NCBI GenBank assembly: GCA_049840735.1
Contig: JASGJN010000020.1
Span: 480,001 to 544,000 of the forward strand
Reading direction: 5' to 3'
Length of the DNA: 64,000 bases
DNA from: Anaeromyxobacter sp.
GTDB taxonomy: Bacteria; Myxococcota; Myxococcia; Myxococcales; Anaeromyxobacteraceae
Position numbers and translations under genes: made by a program. Below, piece by piece: positions 29,608 through 39,618 of the stretch. Positions within the stretch are counted from its first letter, which is position 1; each line of letters starts with the position of its first letter. A model generated the notes under the pieces. That model saw only the letters and a program-made list of their open reading frames with translations. It made no database searches and was not told where the DNA came from.

Positions 29608-32047
29608 CTAGTCCGCGGTCCAGTACACGTCGTCGAAGCTGATGGTGGCCGGGCCGTCGCCGGCGATCATGAGCAGGAGCGACACGGCGCCGAGGTCGGA
29701 GTTGGGGAAGTCCGACGCCGGGATGGAGAGCTCGTGGTACTGGCCGTCGCGCACGAACCCGTAGGGATCGGCGCCGGCCTTGAACTTGATCCACGACTCG
29801 CGCACCGCCATGCCGCCCGGGCTCTTGAGGCCGAGCTTGAAGTCGGTGCCGGTCGAGGCGGGGACCTTGAGCGAGATGTGCAGGTGGCCGTGCGCGAAGG
29901 CGCCGAGATCGTACAGCCTCGCGGGCGCGAAGCCGAGGCCGTACCACTGCGGGGCCGCCGCCGTGAGGGTGAAGCCGTTCGCGCCCTCCGAGGGCGGGCC
30001 CGCGGTGAGCGCGCCGTTGGCCGGGTTCCAGATGAAGATCGACCCGTCGCCGGTGGAGTCGAAGGAGCCCGCGTCGCAGGAGCGCTCGGTGGAGACGCCG
30101 AACCTCGTGCCCACCGGCCGGGTCAGGTTCTCGGGCGCGTTCTCGCTCCAGGAGATCTCGTCGAACTCGAACACCGCGCCGGGGGTGACGGCGTTCGCCC
30201 CCGCCACCATGAAGTACTGGCGGATGTCGGTGAAGTCCGCGCTCCCGAACCGGGTCATGGGGATGGACAGCTGGTGCCACTGGCCGTCGCGGGGGAAGGC
30301 GTAGTCCTGCTTGAGCTCGACCCAGCTGTCCCCGTCGTTGCCGCCGTTGATCCCGACCTTGAGATCGTCGGCCGCGGTGGTCTTGATCGAGAAGCTGAGG
30401 TAGCCGGCGGCGTAGTTGAGCAGGTTGCGGCGCCGGGTGGTCGCGTAGCCGAAGCCGAGCCAGGAGCCGTCCGTGGTCTTCACCGCCACGCTGGTCGCCC
30501 CCGCCTGAGGGGTGCCCGTCACCTGGGTCAGGTTGTTCCACAGGTAGAGGGCCATGTCGGCCGCCGGGTCGAGCTGGCTGCCGCAGGTGGCGCCGTCGGC
30601 CAGGACGCAGAGCCGCCCGTGCGGCTGGGCGGCGACCTTGTCCTCCACGCTGGAGGCGGCGGTCGCGTAGACGCGCACGTAGTCGACCACCAGCTGCTGG
30701 GGCATCGGGCCGTTGGCCTCGTCCGCGGAGTGCATCCCGAAGTCTGGCGCGCCCACCGCCAGGTTGAGGATCATGTAGTAGCTGAAGTCCTTCAGCTCCG
30801 CCTTCTGCGGGTCGGTGAGGTCCAGCGTCCAGTAGACGTTGCCGTCGATCTCTGCCTCGCAGCGCCTGCTCGTCCCACTCCAGCTCGTACACGTGGAAGT
30901 CCGCCGACAGCTTCTCCGGGTGCGTGTAGGTGACGCCGTCCTTCACGCGGCCCTGGACCGCGTCGTCCCACCAGTGGGCGGTCGAGAAGACCGCGTCGTC
31001 GCCGGTGCCCATGGCGCCGCAGAACATCTCGGCGATGTCGATCTCACCGCTCTTCGGCCAGCTCTCCATCCGGTCGCCCAGCAGCCAGAAGGCGGGCCAC
31101 ATCCGGTTGCCCTCGGGCATCTTGATGCGGGCCACGAACCGGCCCTGGTGGAAGCTGAACTTGCCGCGGGTCACCAGGCGCGCGGAGGTGAAGGGCTGGC
31201 CGCCCCAGGCCTGCCGGCGGGCGGTGATGACCAGCTTGCCGTCCACGATGGCGGCGTTGTCAGGCGAGGAGGTGTAGTACTCCATCTCGCCGTTGCCCCA
31301 GCCGTAGAGCGGGCCCGGGTTGGTGGGGCCGTTGCCGAGATCGAAGGCCCACTTCCCGGTGTCGATGGCGGGCCCGTCGAACTCGTCCCCCCAGACCACC
31401 CCGGCCGGCGCGCTGCTCACCGCCAGGACGGCGGGCTGGGAGGTCACGCTGCCGGCCGCGTTCCGGACCACCACGGTGTAGCTGCCTGCGTCGCTCGCCT
31501 GGACCGTGGGGAGCTCCAGCGTGGCCGCGTCCGTCCCGACCTCGGCCGCGCCACGCCGCCACTGGTAGTGGAGCGGGGCCGTCCCCGCGGCGACCACCGT
31601 GAAGCGCGCCGTCTGGCCCGCCGCCACCGTCACGCTGGCGGGCTGGGTGGTGATGGTCGGGGCGCTGGGCTGCGGGTCTTCGCCCACGGTCAGGGTGGCG
31701 GGCTGGCTGGACACCACGCCGGCCGCGTTCTGGACGATGACGACGTAGGTCCCCGCATCGCTCGCCTGGGCCGAGGCGATGGTCAGGGTGGCCGCGTCCG
31801 CGCCCACGTCGGTCGAGCCCAGCCGCCACTGGTAGTGAAGCGGGGCCGTCCCGGTCGCCACCACGCCGAAGGACACCGGCTGGCCGGCCGCGACCGTCTG
31901 CGAGGAAGGCTGGCTCGTGATCTGCGGGGCGACCGCCCCCGCCGGCTGCTCCGTGCCCCCCTTCCCACAGGCCAGGGCCAGGCCGACCGCGGCGAGGAGC
32001 GCAGCGGTCTGCAGCGTCAGCGGGAGGTGCGGTCTTCCAGATGGCAT
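29608..32047 (-). CDS. Multimodular GH16 laminarinase-type lipoprotein (2 Ig domains + GH16 + 2 putative carbohydrate-binding modules), +1 frameshift near 30852
   Basis: Lipobox LALAC, two APxITxQP...DAGxY Ig repeats, WGDEFDG, WPAFWLLG, EIDIAE and ILNLAVG. Duplicated C-terminal modules (FPRDGQWHQLSIP / FVRDGQYHELSIP). Confidence 0.88.
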
Positions 32048-32106
32048 CGGTCGCTCCGGGCGAGTCGAAGAGGGATGGGCCCGGCCGTGGAGCGGCCGAG
32101 CATTAG

Positions 32107-32154
32107 TTTGTTCGCCGTACGAACAAATGCCTCTCATTGGGGGTCACCTGTCAA
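32107..32154 (-). promoter_or_regulatory. -35 TTGACA plus ROK-type operator TTTGTTCG-CCGTA-CGAACAAA
   Basis: Palindrome at 32107-32127 and TGTCAA at 32149-32154, 60 nt upstream of the GH16 start. Confidence 0.8.
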
Positions 32155-32252
32155 GGCGGAACTGAACCTGAGCAAAGAAAGCCACTTGGCGCACACCCCG
32201 GCGCACCTGAGCCGACCCGGGCGGCGCCCATGGCCGGCGAGCCGCTGGGCCG

Positions 32253-34130
32253 TCACCGCACTCCGCTCCAGGGCGTCATCAGGACGGAGTCGAAGTCGTT
32301 GCCGTTGTAGACCATGCGCGGCGCCAGCCCGCCGATCGGCGTGAGCAGGAGCTTCAGCCGCTGCCCCTCGAGCCTCACCTCCGGCACGCCCACCAGCGTG
32401 AACCAGGACAGGTGGTTGCCGCCGCCGGTCGCGTTCGTGTCGAGCTCGGCCGAGCCCAGGCGGACGGGGGCCCCGCCGTCCGCGGCGGTCACGAACACCT
32501 CCGCCCTCACCACCGCCGCGCTGCCCGGGGACGTCGTGAAGACGCCGACAGACCAGGCGCCTTCGTCGTAGGTGCCGGTGAGCGGCGCGGAGTAGAACGC
32601 CGCCGGCGCGGAGAGCTCCTTGATCGGCTGGAAGCCGGAGATCGTGCCCCTGGCCGGGTCGAGCGTCTCCGCGGCGGGGGTGACGCCGCCGGCGGCGGCG
32701 CTGGACAGGTGCCAGGCCGTGGGCAGATCGGCGGCCTGGTCGCCGGAGGTGCTCTCGTTCGTGTAGACCCGCACGTAGTCGACCACGTACGTCTGCGGGA
32801 ACTCGGTGGTCTCGTCCGCCCAGCCGCCCCACGCCCCGCCCACCGCCAGGTTCAGGAGGACGAACATCGGCCTCGAGAACTCCTCCATGTCCGCGGTGAC
32901 GGCCCTCGAGCCGTAGGCGAGCCCATCCACCTTCCACGTGAAGCCGTGGGGCGTCCAGATCACCTCGTAGACGTGGAAGTCGTCCGAGAGCCGCTCCTGC
33001 AGCCGGTAGCCGAACGACGGCCCCGGGTTGCGGCCGCTGGCGTCCCGGTAGTGGAGCGTGCCGTGCGTGGTGAAGTCGCCGCTCCCGTCGGCCAGCCCGC
33101 CGATCATCTCCATCGCGTCGATCTCCCCGCAGTCGGGCCAGGGCACGTCGCCGCCGTAGAGTCCCCAGGAGGCGCTGTTCGCGCCCAGCATCCAGAACGC
33201 GGGCCACAGGCCCTGGCCATACGGGAGCTTCGCGCGCACGGCGAACTTGCCGTAGGTGAAGGCGCGCTTCTGCGAGGTCTGGAGGCGCGCCGAGGTGTAG
33301 GGGGCGTCGCCGTACGCCTCCTCCCTGGCGGTGATGGTGAGGAGCCCGCCGCCCACCGTCGCGTTCTCCGCCCGGTAGTACTGCGACTCGCCGTTCCCCC
33401 ACCCGCCCGACCCGAGGTCGAAGGTCCAGCTGGAGGGGTCCACGGCGTCGCCGTCGAACTCGTCCGACCAGACCAGCGCCCAGCCGGCGCCCGGATCGTA
33501 TCCGCCGGCCGCGGCCGTCACCTCCACCGCCACGCTGTCGGTCAGGACGCCCACCGAGGCGGTCACGGTCGCAGCGCCCGGGGCCACGCCGGTGAGGAGC
33601 CCCGCGGCGCTCACGCCCACCACCGCCGGCGCGCTGCTCTGCCAGGTCACGCCCGTCGTCAGGGGCGCCACGCTCGCGTCGCTGTACGTCCCGGTGACCG
33701 CCAGCAGCCGGGACTGCCCGGCGGGGATCTCGATCGAGCCCACCTCCACGGCGATGGCGGTCAGGGTCACCTCGGTGACCGTGACCTCCACCGCCACCTC
33801 GTGGCCCGCCGCCGAGGCCGTCACCGTCGCCCGCCCCGGCGAGACGCCGCTGATCACGCCGGCGGCGGTCACGCTGGCCCGCGCCGCGTCGGAGCTGCCG
33901 AAGGTGAGGCCGGTGGTGACGGGCCGGCTGGCCCCGTCGGAGAAGGTCCCGGTGACGAGCAGCGCCTGGCTCGCGCCGACCTGGAGGGACACGCGCGAGG
34001 GCGAAGCCTGGAGCCCGGCCAGGCTCGGCGTCCCCCCGCCGCCATCCCCGGCGCAGGCCGTGACCAGCCCGGCGAGGAGCACGAGCAGCGCTGCGGCGAT
34101 CCGATGAAGACGGCACGTCGTCCGGTCCAT
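32253..34130 (-). CDS. GH16 laminarinase-type lipoprotein with two Big_2-like Ig domains and a C-terminal beta domain
   Basis: Lipobox VTAC, two VTGTxSD...SS...V repeats, WSDEFDG, WPAFWMLG, EIDAME and LLNLAVGG. Confidence 0.9.
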   Translation of the reverse strand: MDRTTCRLHRIAAALLVLLAGLVTACAGDGGGGTPSLAGLQASPSRVSLQVGASQALLVTGTFSDGASRPVTTGLTFGSSDAARASVTAAGVISGVSPGRATVTASAAGHEVAVEVTVTEVTLTAIAVEVGSIEIPAGQSRLLAVTGTYSDASVAPLTTGVTWQSSAPAVVGVSAAGLLTGVAPGAATVTASVGVLTDSVAVEVTAAAGGYDPGAGWALVWSDEFDGDAVDPSSWTFDLGSGGWGNGESQYYRAENATVGGGLLTITAREEAYGDAPYTSARLQTSQKRAFTYGKFAVRAKLPYGQGLWPAFWMLGANSASWGLYGGDVPWPDCGEIDAMEMIGGLADGSGDFTTHGTLHYRDASGRNPGPSFGYRLQERLSDDFHVYEVIWTPHGFTWKVDGLAYGSRAVTADMEEFSRPMFVLLNLAVGGAWGGWADETTEFPQTYVVDYVRVYTNESTSGDQAADLPTAWHLSSAAAGGVTPAAETLDPARGTISGFQPIKELSAPAAFYSAPLTGTYDEGAWSVGVFTTSPGSAAVVRAEVFVTAADGGAPVRLGSAELDTNATGGGNHLSWFTLVGVPEVRLEGQRLKLLLTPIGGLAPRMVYNGNDFDSVLMTPWSGVR

Positions 34131-34231
34131 GTTCGACCTCGGCTGCGGCGGGTGCCGCGCGGTTGCAGGACTCCAGGTCCCGGCGCCCAGGGCGCCGGGG
34201 GATGGCGGCTCGAGGGCGGCCGGCGTGGCGG

Positions 34232-35185
34232 CTAGGGGGCCTTGTGGCAGGCCACCTGGCGCTCCTGGCCGAGCGCCCGCACCTGCGGCGAGCACTCAGC
34301 GCAGGCCTCGCCCCGCTGATCGCAGCGCGGGTGGAAGCGGCAGCCCGCGGGCGGGGCGCGCAGGTTGGGTGGGACGCCGGGGATGCTCCCCAGGGCCCCG
34401 TCGTCGAGCCGCGGGAAGGCGCGCAGCAGCCCCTGCGTGTACGGGTGGAGCGGGCGCTCCCGCAGGGCCGCGGCCGGCCCCACCTCGACCAGCTGCGCCG
34501 CGTAGAAGACCGCCACGCGGTCGGAGATCTCCAGCATCCGCGCCAGGTCGTGCGAGATGAACAGGACCGAGAACCCCAGCCGCCGCCGCAGCTCCAGCAG
34601 CTGGTCGAGGATCTCCCGCTCCACGATCACGTCCAGCGCGGTGGTGGGCTCGTCCAGGATCACCAGCGCCGGGTCCAGCGCCAGCGCCAGCGCGATCCCG
34701 ACCCGCTGGCGCATGCCGCCGGAGAGCTGGTGCGGGAAGGCGTCCAGCCGGTCGCCGGAGATGTGGACCAGCGCCAGCAGCTCGCGCGCCCGCTCGCCGG
34801 CCTCGCGGCGCCCCATGGGCCGGTGGGCCTGCAGCGCGTCCACCAGCTGCTCGCGCACCGACAGCACCGGGTTGAGCGCGTCCATGGCGCTCTGGAAGAC
34901 CATGGAGATCCGCGTCCAGCGCACCCGCCGCAGCCCCTCCTCGTCCAGGCCCAGCAGGTCCTGCCCCTCCAGCAGCACCTCGCCGCCCGAGATCACCGCC
35001 GGCGGCGGCAGGATGCGGAGCAGCGCCTGCGCGAAGGTGGACTTGCCGCTGCCGGACTCGCCGCAGACCCCCACCACCTCGCCGCGCCCCACCTCCAGCG
35101 AGACGCGGTCCACGGCCCGGACCGGCCCCTCCGGCGACAGGTAGTCGACGCAGAGGTCGCGGACGGAGAGCACGGGCTCAGCCAC
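34232..35185 (-). CDS. Oligopeptide/oligosaccharide ABC transporter ATPase (OppD/DppD-like)
   Basis: GESGSGKST, SMVFQSAMDALNPV, LSGGMRQR, DEPTTALD and GCRFHPRC motifs. Confidence 0.9.
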   Translation of the reverse strand: MAEPVLSVRDLCVDYLSPEGPVRAVDRVSLEVGRGEVVGVCGESGSGKSTFAQALLRILPPPAVISGGEVLLEGQDLLGLDEEGLRRVRWTRISMVFQSAMDALNPVLSVREQLVDALQAHRPMGRREAGERARELLALVHISGDRLDAFPHQLSGGMRQRVGIALALALDPALVILDEPTTALDVIVEREILDQLLELRRRLGFSVLFISHDLARMLEISDRVAVFYAAQLVEVGPAAALRERPLHPYTQGLLRAFPRLDDGALGSIPGVPPNLRAPPAGCRFHPRCDQRGEACAECSPQVRALGQERQVACHKAP

Positions 35186-36140
35186 GGGACACCACCGGGG
35201 TGGAGCGCGGCGTGGCCAGCCCGGCGCGCCCCAGCGCGTCGCGCCAGGCGCGCTCCAGCTGGAGCCGCGGGTTGGTGATCTCGTCGAAGCCGGCGTTGAG
35301 CATGGTGAGCGCGAAGCCGACCAGCGCGATGCAGAGGCCGGTGGGCACGTAGGTCCACCAGGCGCCGGTGAGCAGCGCCGCGTCGTTGGCGGCCCAGTAG
35401 AGGTTGGTGCCCCAGGTGACGCTGGAGACGTCCCCCAGCCCCAGGAACTCCAGCCCCACCTGCGCGCCGATGGCGTAGACGGTCGAGCCGATCACCTGCG
35501 CCACCAGCAGGGACGTCATGTTGGGCAAGAGCTCGCGCAGCACGATCCGGATCCCCGGCTCGCCCGCCACCACCGCCGCCGCCACGAAGTCGCGCTTCTT
35601 GAGCGCCAGCGTCTGGGCCCGCAGCACGCGCGCGTTCCAGGCCCAGCCGGTCACGGTCAGCACCAGCGCCACCGTGGCGGGGCCGGCCGGCAGGTAGGCC
35701 GCGATCACGATGGCCAGCGGCAGGCCGGGGATGACCAGGAAGACGTTCACCAGCAGCGAGAGCGCGGTGTCGACCCTCCCGCCCACGTAGCCGGCGGTGA
35801 CGCCGATCACCGCCCCCACCAGCACCACCAGCCCGCCCACCAGGAACCCGAGCGCCAGCGAGGCCCGCGTCCCGGCCACCGCCTGGGCCAGCACGTCCTG
35901 GCCCTGCCCGGTGGTGCCCAGCCAGTGCGCCAGCGAGGGCGGCGAGTGTGGCACGCCCACCAGCGCCGCCGGCGAGGGCGCCAGCAGCGGCCCCAGCAGC
36001 CCCAGCAGGAGGAACACCGCCATGATGACCGCGCCGGCGGAGGCCTTGCGGTCGCGGCGCACGGCGTCCAGCCAGGCGCGCAGGCCCGTCAGGCGGGCGG
36101 CCTTGCGCGGTGCGCCGCGGGCGAGGAGCGGGAGCCTCAC
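35178..36140 (-). CDS. ABC transporter permease (OppC/DppC-like)
   Basis: HWLGTTGQGQDV, RAQTLALKKRDFVAAA, ELLPN and LEFLGLGD motifs. GTG start overlaps the upstream stop. Confidence 0.9.
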   Translation of the reverse strand: MRLPLLARGAPRKAARLTGLRAWLDAVRRDRKASAGAVIMAVFLLLGLLGPLLAPSPAALVGVPHSPPSLAHWLGTTGQGQDVLAQAVAGTRASLALGFLVGGLVVLVGAVIGVTAGYVGGRVDTALSLLVNVFLVIPGLPLAIVIAAYLPAGPATVALVLTVTGWAWNARVLRAQTLALKKRDFVAAAVVAGEPGIRIVLRELLPNMTSLLVAQVIGSTVYAIGAQVGLEFLGLGDVSSVTWGTNLYWAANDAALLTGAWWTYVPTGLCIALVGFALTMLNAGFDEITNPRLQLERAWRDALGRAGLATPRSTPVVSRG

Positions 36141-37120
36141 GGCGACACCTCCCGCGTGCGCGGGTCGAGCCAGAGGTACACGATGTCCACCAGCCAGTTC
36201 GCGCCCAGCACCGCCAGGGTGATGACCAGGAAGATGCCCTGCATGAGCGGGTAGTCCTGGTTGCGCACCGCCTGCACCAGGAGATAACCCTGCCCCGGGT
36301 AGCTGAAGACGATCTCGGTGAGCAGCGAGCCGCCCAGCACGAACCCCACCGCCATGCCGAAGCCGGTCACGCTGGGCAGGAGCGCGTTCCGCGCCGCGTA
36401 GCGCAGCATCACCCGGCGCGGCGCGAGCCCCTTGGCCCGGGCCAGCGTCACGTACTCCGACCCCAGCACGGCGATCATGGTGTTGCGCATGCCCAGCAGC
36501 CAGCCGCCCAGGGTCGCCAGCACCACCGTGGCCACCGGCAGCGCGGCGTGGCGGACCACGTCGGAGACGAAGAGCCAGGACCAGGCCGGGCTCAGGTCGT
36601 CGCCGTAGGCGTGGCCCAGGGGGAAGAGCTGCCAGTGGAAGCCCAGCAGGAAGAGCGCCACCATGGCCAGGAAGAAGTACGGGAACGCCCCCAGGAAGGC
36701 GAAGGCCGGCGGCAGCACGGCGTCGAGCCAGCCCCGCCGCCACCAGGCGGTGACCACGCCCAGCAGCGTGCCCAGCACGAAGCTCGTCACCAGCGCCGAG
36801 CCGGCCAGGAAGATGGTCCAGCCCAGGCCGGTGCCGATCACGCTCGAGACCGGCGCCGGGAAGTAGGCCACCGAGACGCCCATGTCGCCGCGCAGCACGT
36901 GGCCCAGGTAGGTGAGGTACTGCCGCCAGAGCGGCTCGTCGGTGAGCCCGAAGGCGGCGCGGAGCGCCCCCATGGCCTCCGGCTGCAGCTTGCCCTGGAA
37001 GCGGGCGAAGAGCGCGGTGGCCGGATCGCCGGGCATGAGCCGCGGCAGGAAGAAGTTGAGCGTCAGCGCGGCCCAGGCGGCCAGCGCGTAGAAGCCGAGC
37101 CGGCGGAGGAGGTAGTTCAT
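36137..37120 (-). CDS. ABC transporter permease (OppB/DppB-like)
   Basis: MNYLLRRL...RLMPGDP, EYVTLARAKGL, EIVFSYPG and DYPLMQG motifs. Confidence 0.92.
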   Translation of the reverse strand: MNYLLRRLGFYALAAWAALTLNFFLPRLMPGDPATALFARFQGKLQPEAMGALRAAFGLTDEPLWRQYLTYLGHVLRGDMGVSVAYFPAPVSSVIGTGLGWTIFLAGSALVTSFVLGTLLGVVTAWWRRGWLDAVLPPAFAFLGAFPYFFLAMVALFLLGFHWQLFPLGHAYGDDLSPAWSWLFVSDVVRHAALPVATVVLATLGGWLLGMRNTMIAVLGSEYVTLARAKGLAPRRVMLRYAARNALLPSVTGFGMAVGFVLGGSLLTEIVFSYPGQGYLLVQAVRNQDYPLMQGIFLVITLAVLGANWLVDIVYLWLDPRTREVSP

Positions 37121-38785
37121 CGGTCACCCCCCGCCGGCCGCAGGTTCACCAGCACCAGCAGGCACTCGGGGATCTTGTTGGGCGAGGCGGCCGCGTAGGG
37201 ATCCTCGGCGCTGGGGAAGCCCTCCACCCGCTGCAGGTTGTAGGCGGCCCAGGACGGGTTGGGATAGAGCGGGATGGCGGGCGCCTGGTCGACGAAGATG
37301 GCCTCGAGCCGCTCCACCAGCGCGCGCTGCGCGGCCGGGTCGGCCTCGGTCTCGAAGGCGGCCAGCGCGCGGTCGGCCTCGGGGCTGCCGAAGCGGTGCC
37401 AGTTGCCGGCGGCGGCCACGCCCACCGGCCGCACCGTCGCGGAGCCCATCAGCCAGCGGTAGAAGCCGTACGGCGTCGGCCCCTCGTTGGACCACCCCAG
37501 CGACAGGTCGTACCGCCCCTCCTGCAGCCGCTGGAACCAGGCGCTGAAGTCGTAGGTCCGGACGCTCGCGTCCACCCCCACCTCGCGCAGCCCGCGCGCC
37601 ATCACCTGGGCGGCGCGCACCCAGTCCGACCAGCCGGAGACGGTGAGGATCTCGTAGGTGAGCGGCGTGCCGTCCGGCCGCCGGCGGATGCCGTCAGGCC
37701 CGCGCCCCAGCCCGGCCTCGTCCAGCAGCCGGTTGGCCTCGGCCACGTCGTGGTGGACCCAGGTGCCGCGCTCCACCAGCCCCGGGTCGCGCCAGCCGGC
37801 GTAGGCGTCGGAGAGCGCCGTGGCGTCGGCCGGGCGGCTGTAGCCGTAGAGCCCCACGTCGATCATCAGCTTGCGGTCGAGCGCCATGGAGAGCGCCTTG
37901 CGGACGCGGGCGTCGTCGAGCGGCGGGCGGGTGGTGTTGGGGTAGAGGAAGATGGTGCCGCCGATGAGCGGGAACCAGTAGCGGTGGTGGGCCGGATCCC
38001 GGGCCACGAAGGTCCGGTCGATGGCCGGCACGAAGTTGGCCGCCCAGTCCACCTCGCCGTAGACCAGCGCCAGGTTGGCGCGCTCGTTGGACGGGAGGGC
38101 CGGAAAGCGGAGCGCCTCGATGGCCGGCTTCCCCGGCTGCCAGTAGTGGGGGTTGCGCCCCAGCTCCCAGATTCTGGTTCTGGAAGACCCGCACCTGGGT
38201 GAACGGACCGGTGCCCACCGGGTCGGGGTTGGTGAACGTGACCGGGTCGGCCACCTTGCTCCAGACGTGCTCGGGCACGATGGGCCGGCCCACCAGCTCG
38301 TCGAAGCCGGGCAGGAACACCCGCTGGAAGGCGAAGTCCACGGTGCGGTCGTCCACCAGCCGCACGTCCTGGAGGAAGGCCCAGACGCCGCCGGAGTCCA
38401 GCGCCGGGAACCGCCGCATCAGCTGGTAGGTGAAGACCACGTCACGGGCGGTGAACGGAGCCCCGTCGGACCAGCGCACCCCCTCGCGGGTGGTGATGCG
38501 CACGACCCGGTTCCCCTCCCGCCACTCCCAGCGCTCCGCCAGCCAGGGCACCCGCTCGCCCTTGACGCTGTTGAAGACCACCAGCGGCTCGTGGATGCCG
38601 GCGGCGGTGGGCCAGGGGGCGCCGGCGCCGGGCGCGAGCGGGTTGAAGTTCCGGACCCAGGCCGAGGTCTGGTCCATCGAGATGGTGATCACGCCGCGTG
38701 GGGGCGGCGGCTTCTCGCGGACGCAGCCGGCGCCGAGGGCCAGGGCCAGCGCCGCGGCCGCCAGGCGGCGCGCGGCCGCGGTCAC
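37117..38785 (-). CDS. Family-5 ABC substrate-binding lipoprotein (oligosaccharide-binding type), +1 frameshift near 38171
   Basis: Lipobox GAGC, RNFNPL, WSDGAPFTARDVVFT, PVGTGPF and SGWSDW motifs. Removing one A restores QIWELGRNPHYW. Confidence 0.88.
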
Positions 38786-39618
38786 GGCTGCACCTCGCGG
38801 TAGACGCGGACGTAGTCGACCACCATCGAGGTCGGGAACGCCGTCGCGCCGGCGGGCGCGCCCACGAAGTAGCCGCCCACCGCCACGTTCAGGATCACGA
38901 AGAACGGGTGGTCGTAGGCCCAGGCCGCGCCGCCAGGCTGGTCGCCCTTCTCGACCGTCTGGTACTCGCGCCCGTCCACCAGCCAGCGGATGCGCTGGGC
39001 GTCCCACTCCACGGCGTAGACGTGGAAGTCGGCGTCGAGCCGGGGCGAGCCCACCAGCGACCAGGAGCCGGTGATCGCCTCGCCGCCGGAGTAGCCCGGC
39101 CCGTGCAGCGAGCCGTGCACCACCTGCGGGAACTGGCCCTTGTACTCCAGGATGTCGATCTCGCCGCAGGCGGGCCAGCCGACCTGCGGCTGGTTCGCCC
39201 CCAGCAGCCAGAAGGCCGGCCAGAGCCCCTGCCCCGACGGCAGCTGCACCCGCGCCTCGAACCGGCCGTACTGCTGCGAGAAGCGGCCCTGGGTCTTGAG
39301 GCGCGCGGAGGTGTACGCGTTCCCCTGGTAGCTCTCGCGGCGCGCGGTGATGAGCAGGTGCCCCTCGCCGTCCAGCGCGGCGTTCTCGGCGCGATCGGTG
39401 TCGTACTCCAGCTGGGCGTTGCCCCAGCCGCCGCCGCCCACGTCGAAGGTCCAGCGGGACGGGTCCGGGAGCTCGCCGGCGGCGCCGTCGAACTCGTCCG
39501 ACCAGGCCAGCTCGTAGGTCTTCGGCACCGGCTCCTCCACGGGGCCGCCCCCGCACCGCCCCCAGCCGGCCAGCAGCGGGAGGAGGACCAGGGCCAGGGT
39601 GCGGACGCGGGGCGACAT
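38782..39618 (-). CDS. GH16 laminarinase-type endo-beta-1,3-glucanase (single domain, exported)
   Basis: WSDEFDG, GWGNAQLEY, YTSARL, WPAFWLLG, EIDILE and ILNVAVGG motifs. Confidence 0.92.
   Translation of the reverse strand: MSPRVRTLALVLLPLLAGWGRCGGGPVEEPVPKTYELAWSDEFDGAAGELPDPSRWTFDVGGGGWGNAQLEYDTDRAENAALDGEGHLLITARRESYQGNAYTSARLKTQGRFSQQYGRFEARVQLPSGQGLWPAFWLLGANQPQVGWPACGEIDILEYKGQFPQVVHGSLHGPGYSGGEAITGSWSLVGSPRLDADFHVYAVEWDAQRIRWLVDGREYQTVEKGDQPGGAAWAYDHPFFVILNVAVGGYFVGAPAGATAFPTSMVVDYVRVYREVQP

Noticed and set aside
28176..29611. ORFs spanning the repeats (RDD-, HPG-, MTG- and SSR-repeat proteins)
   Set aside because: They are open only because the repeat units lack stops. There is no clear RBS or protein-like flanking sequence, and several frames are equally open.
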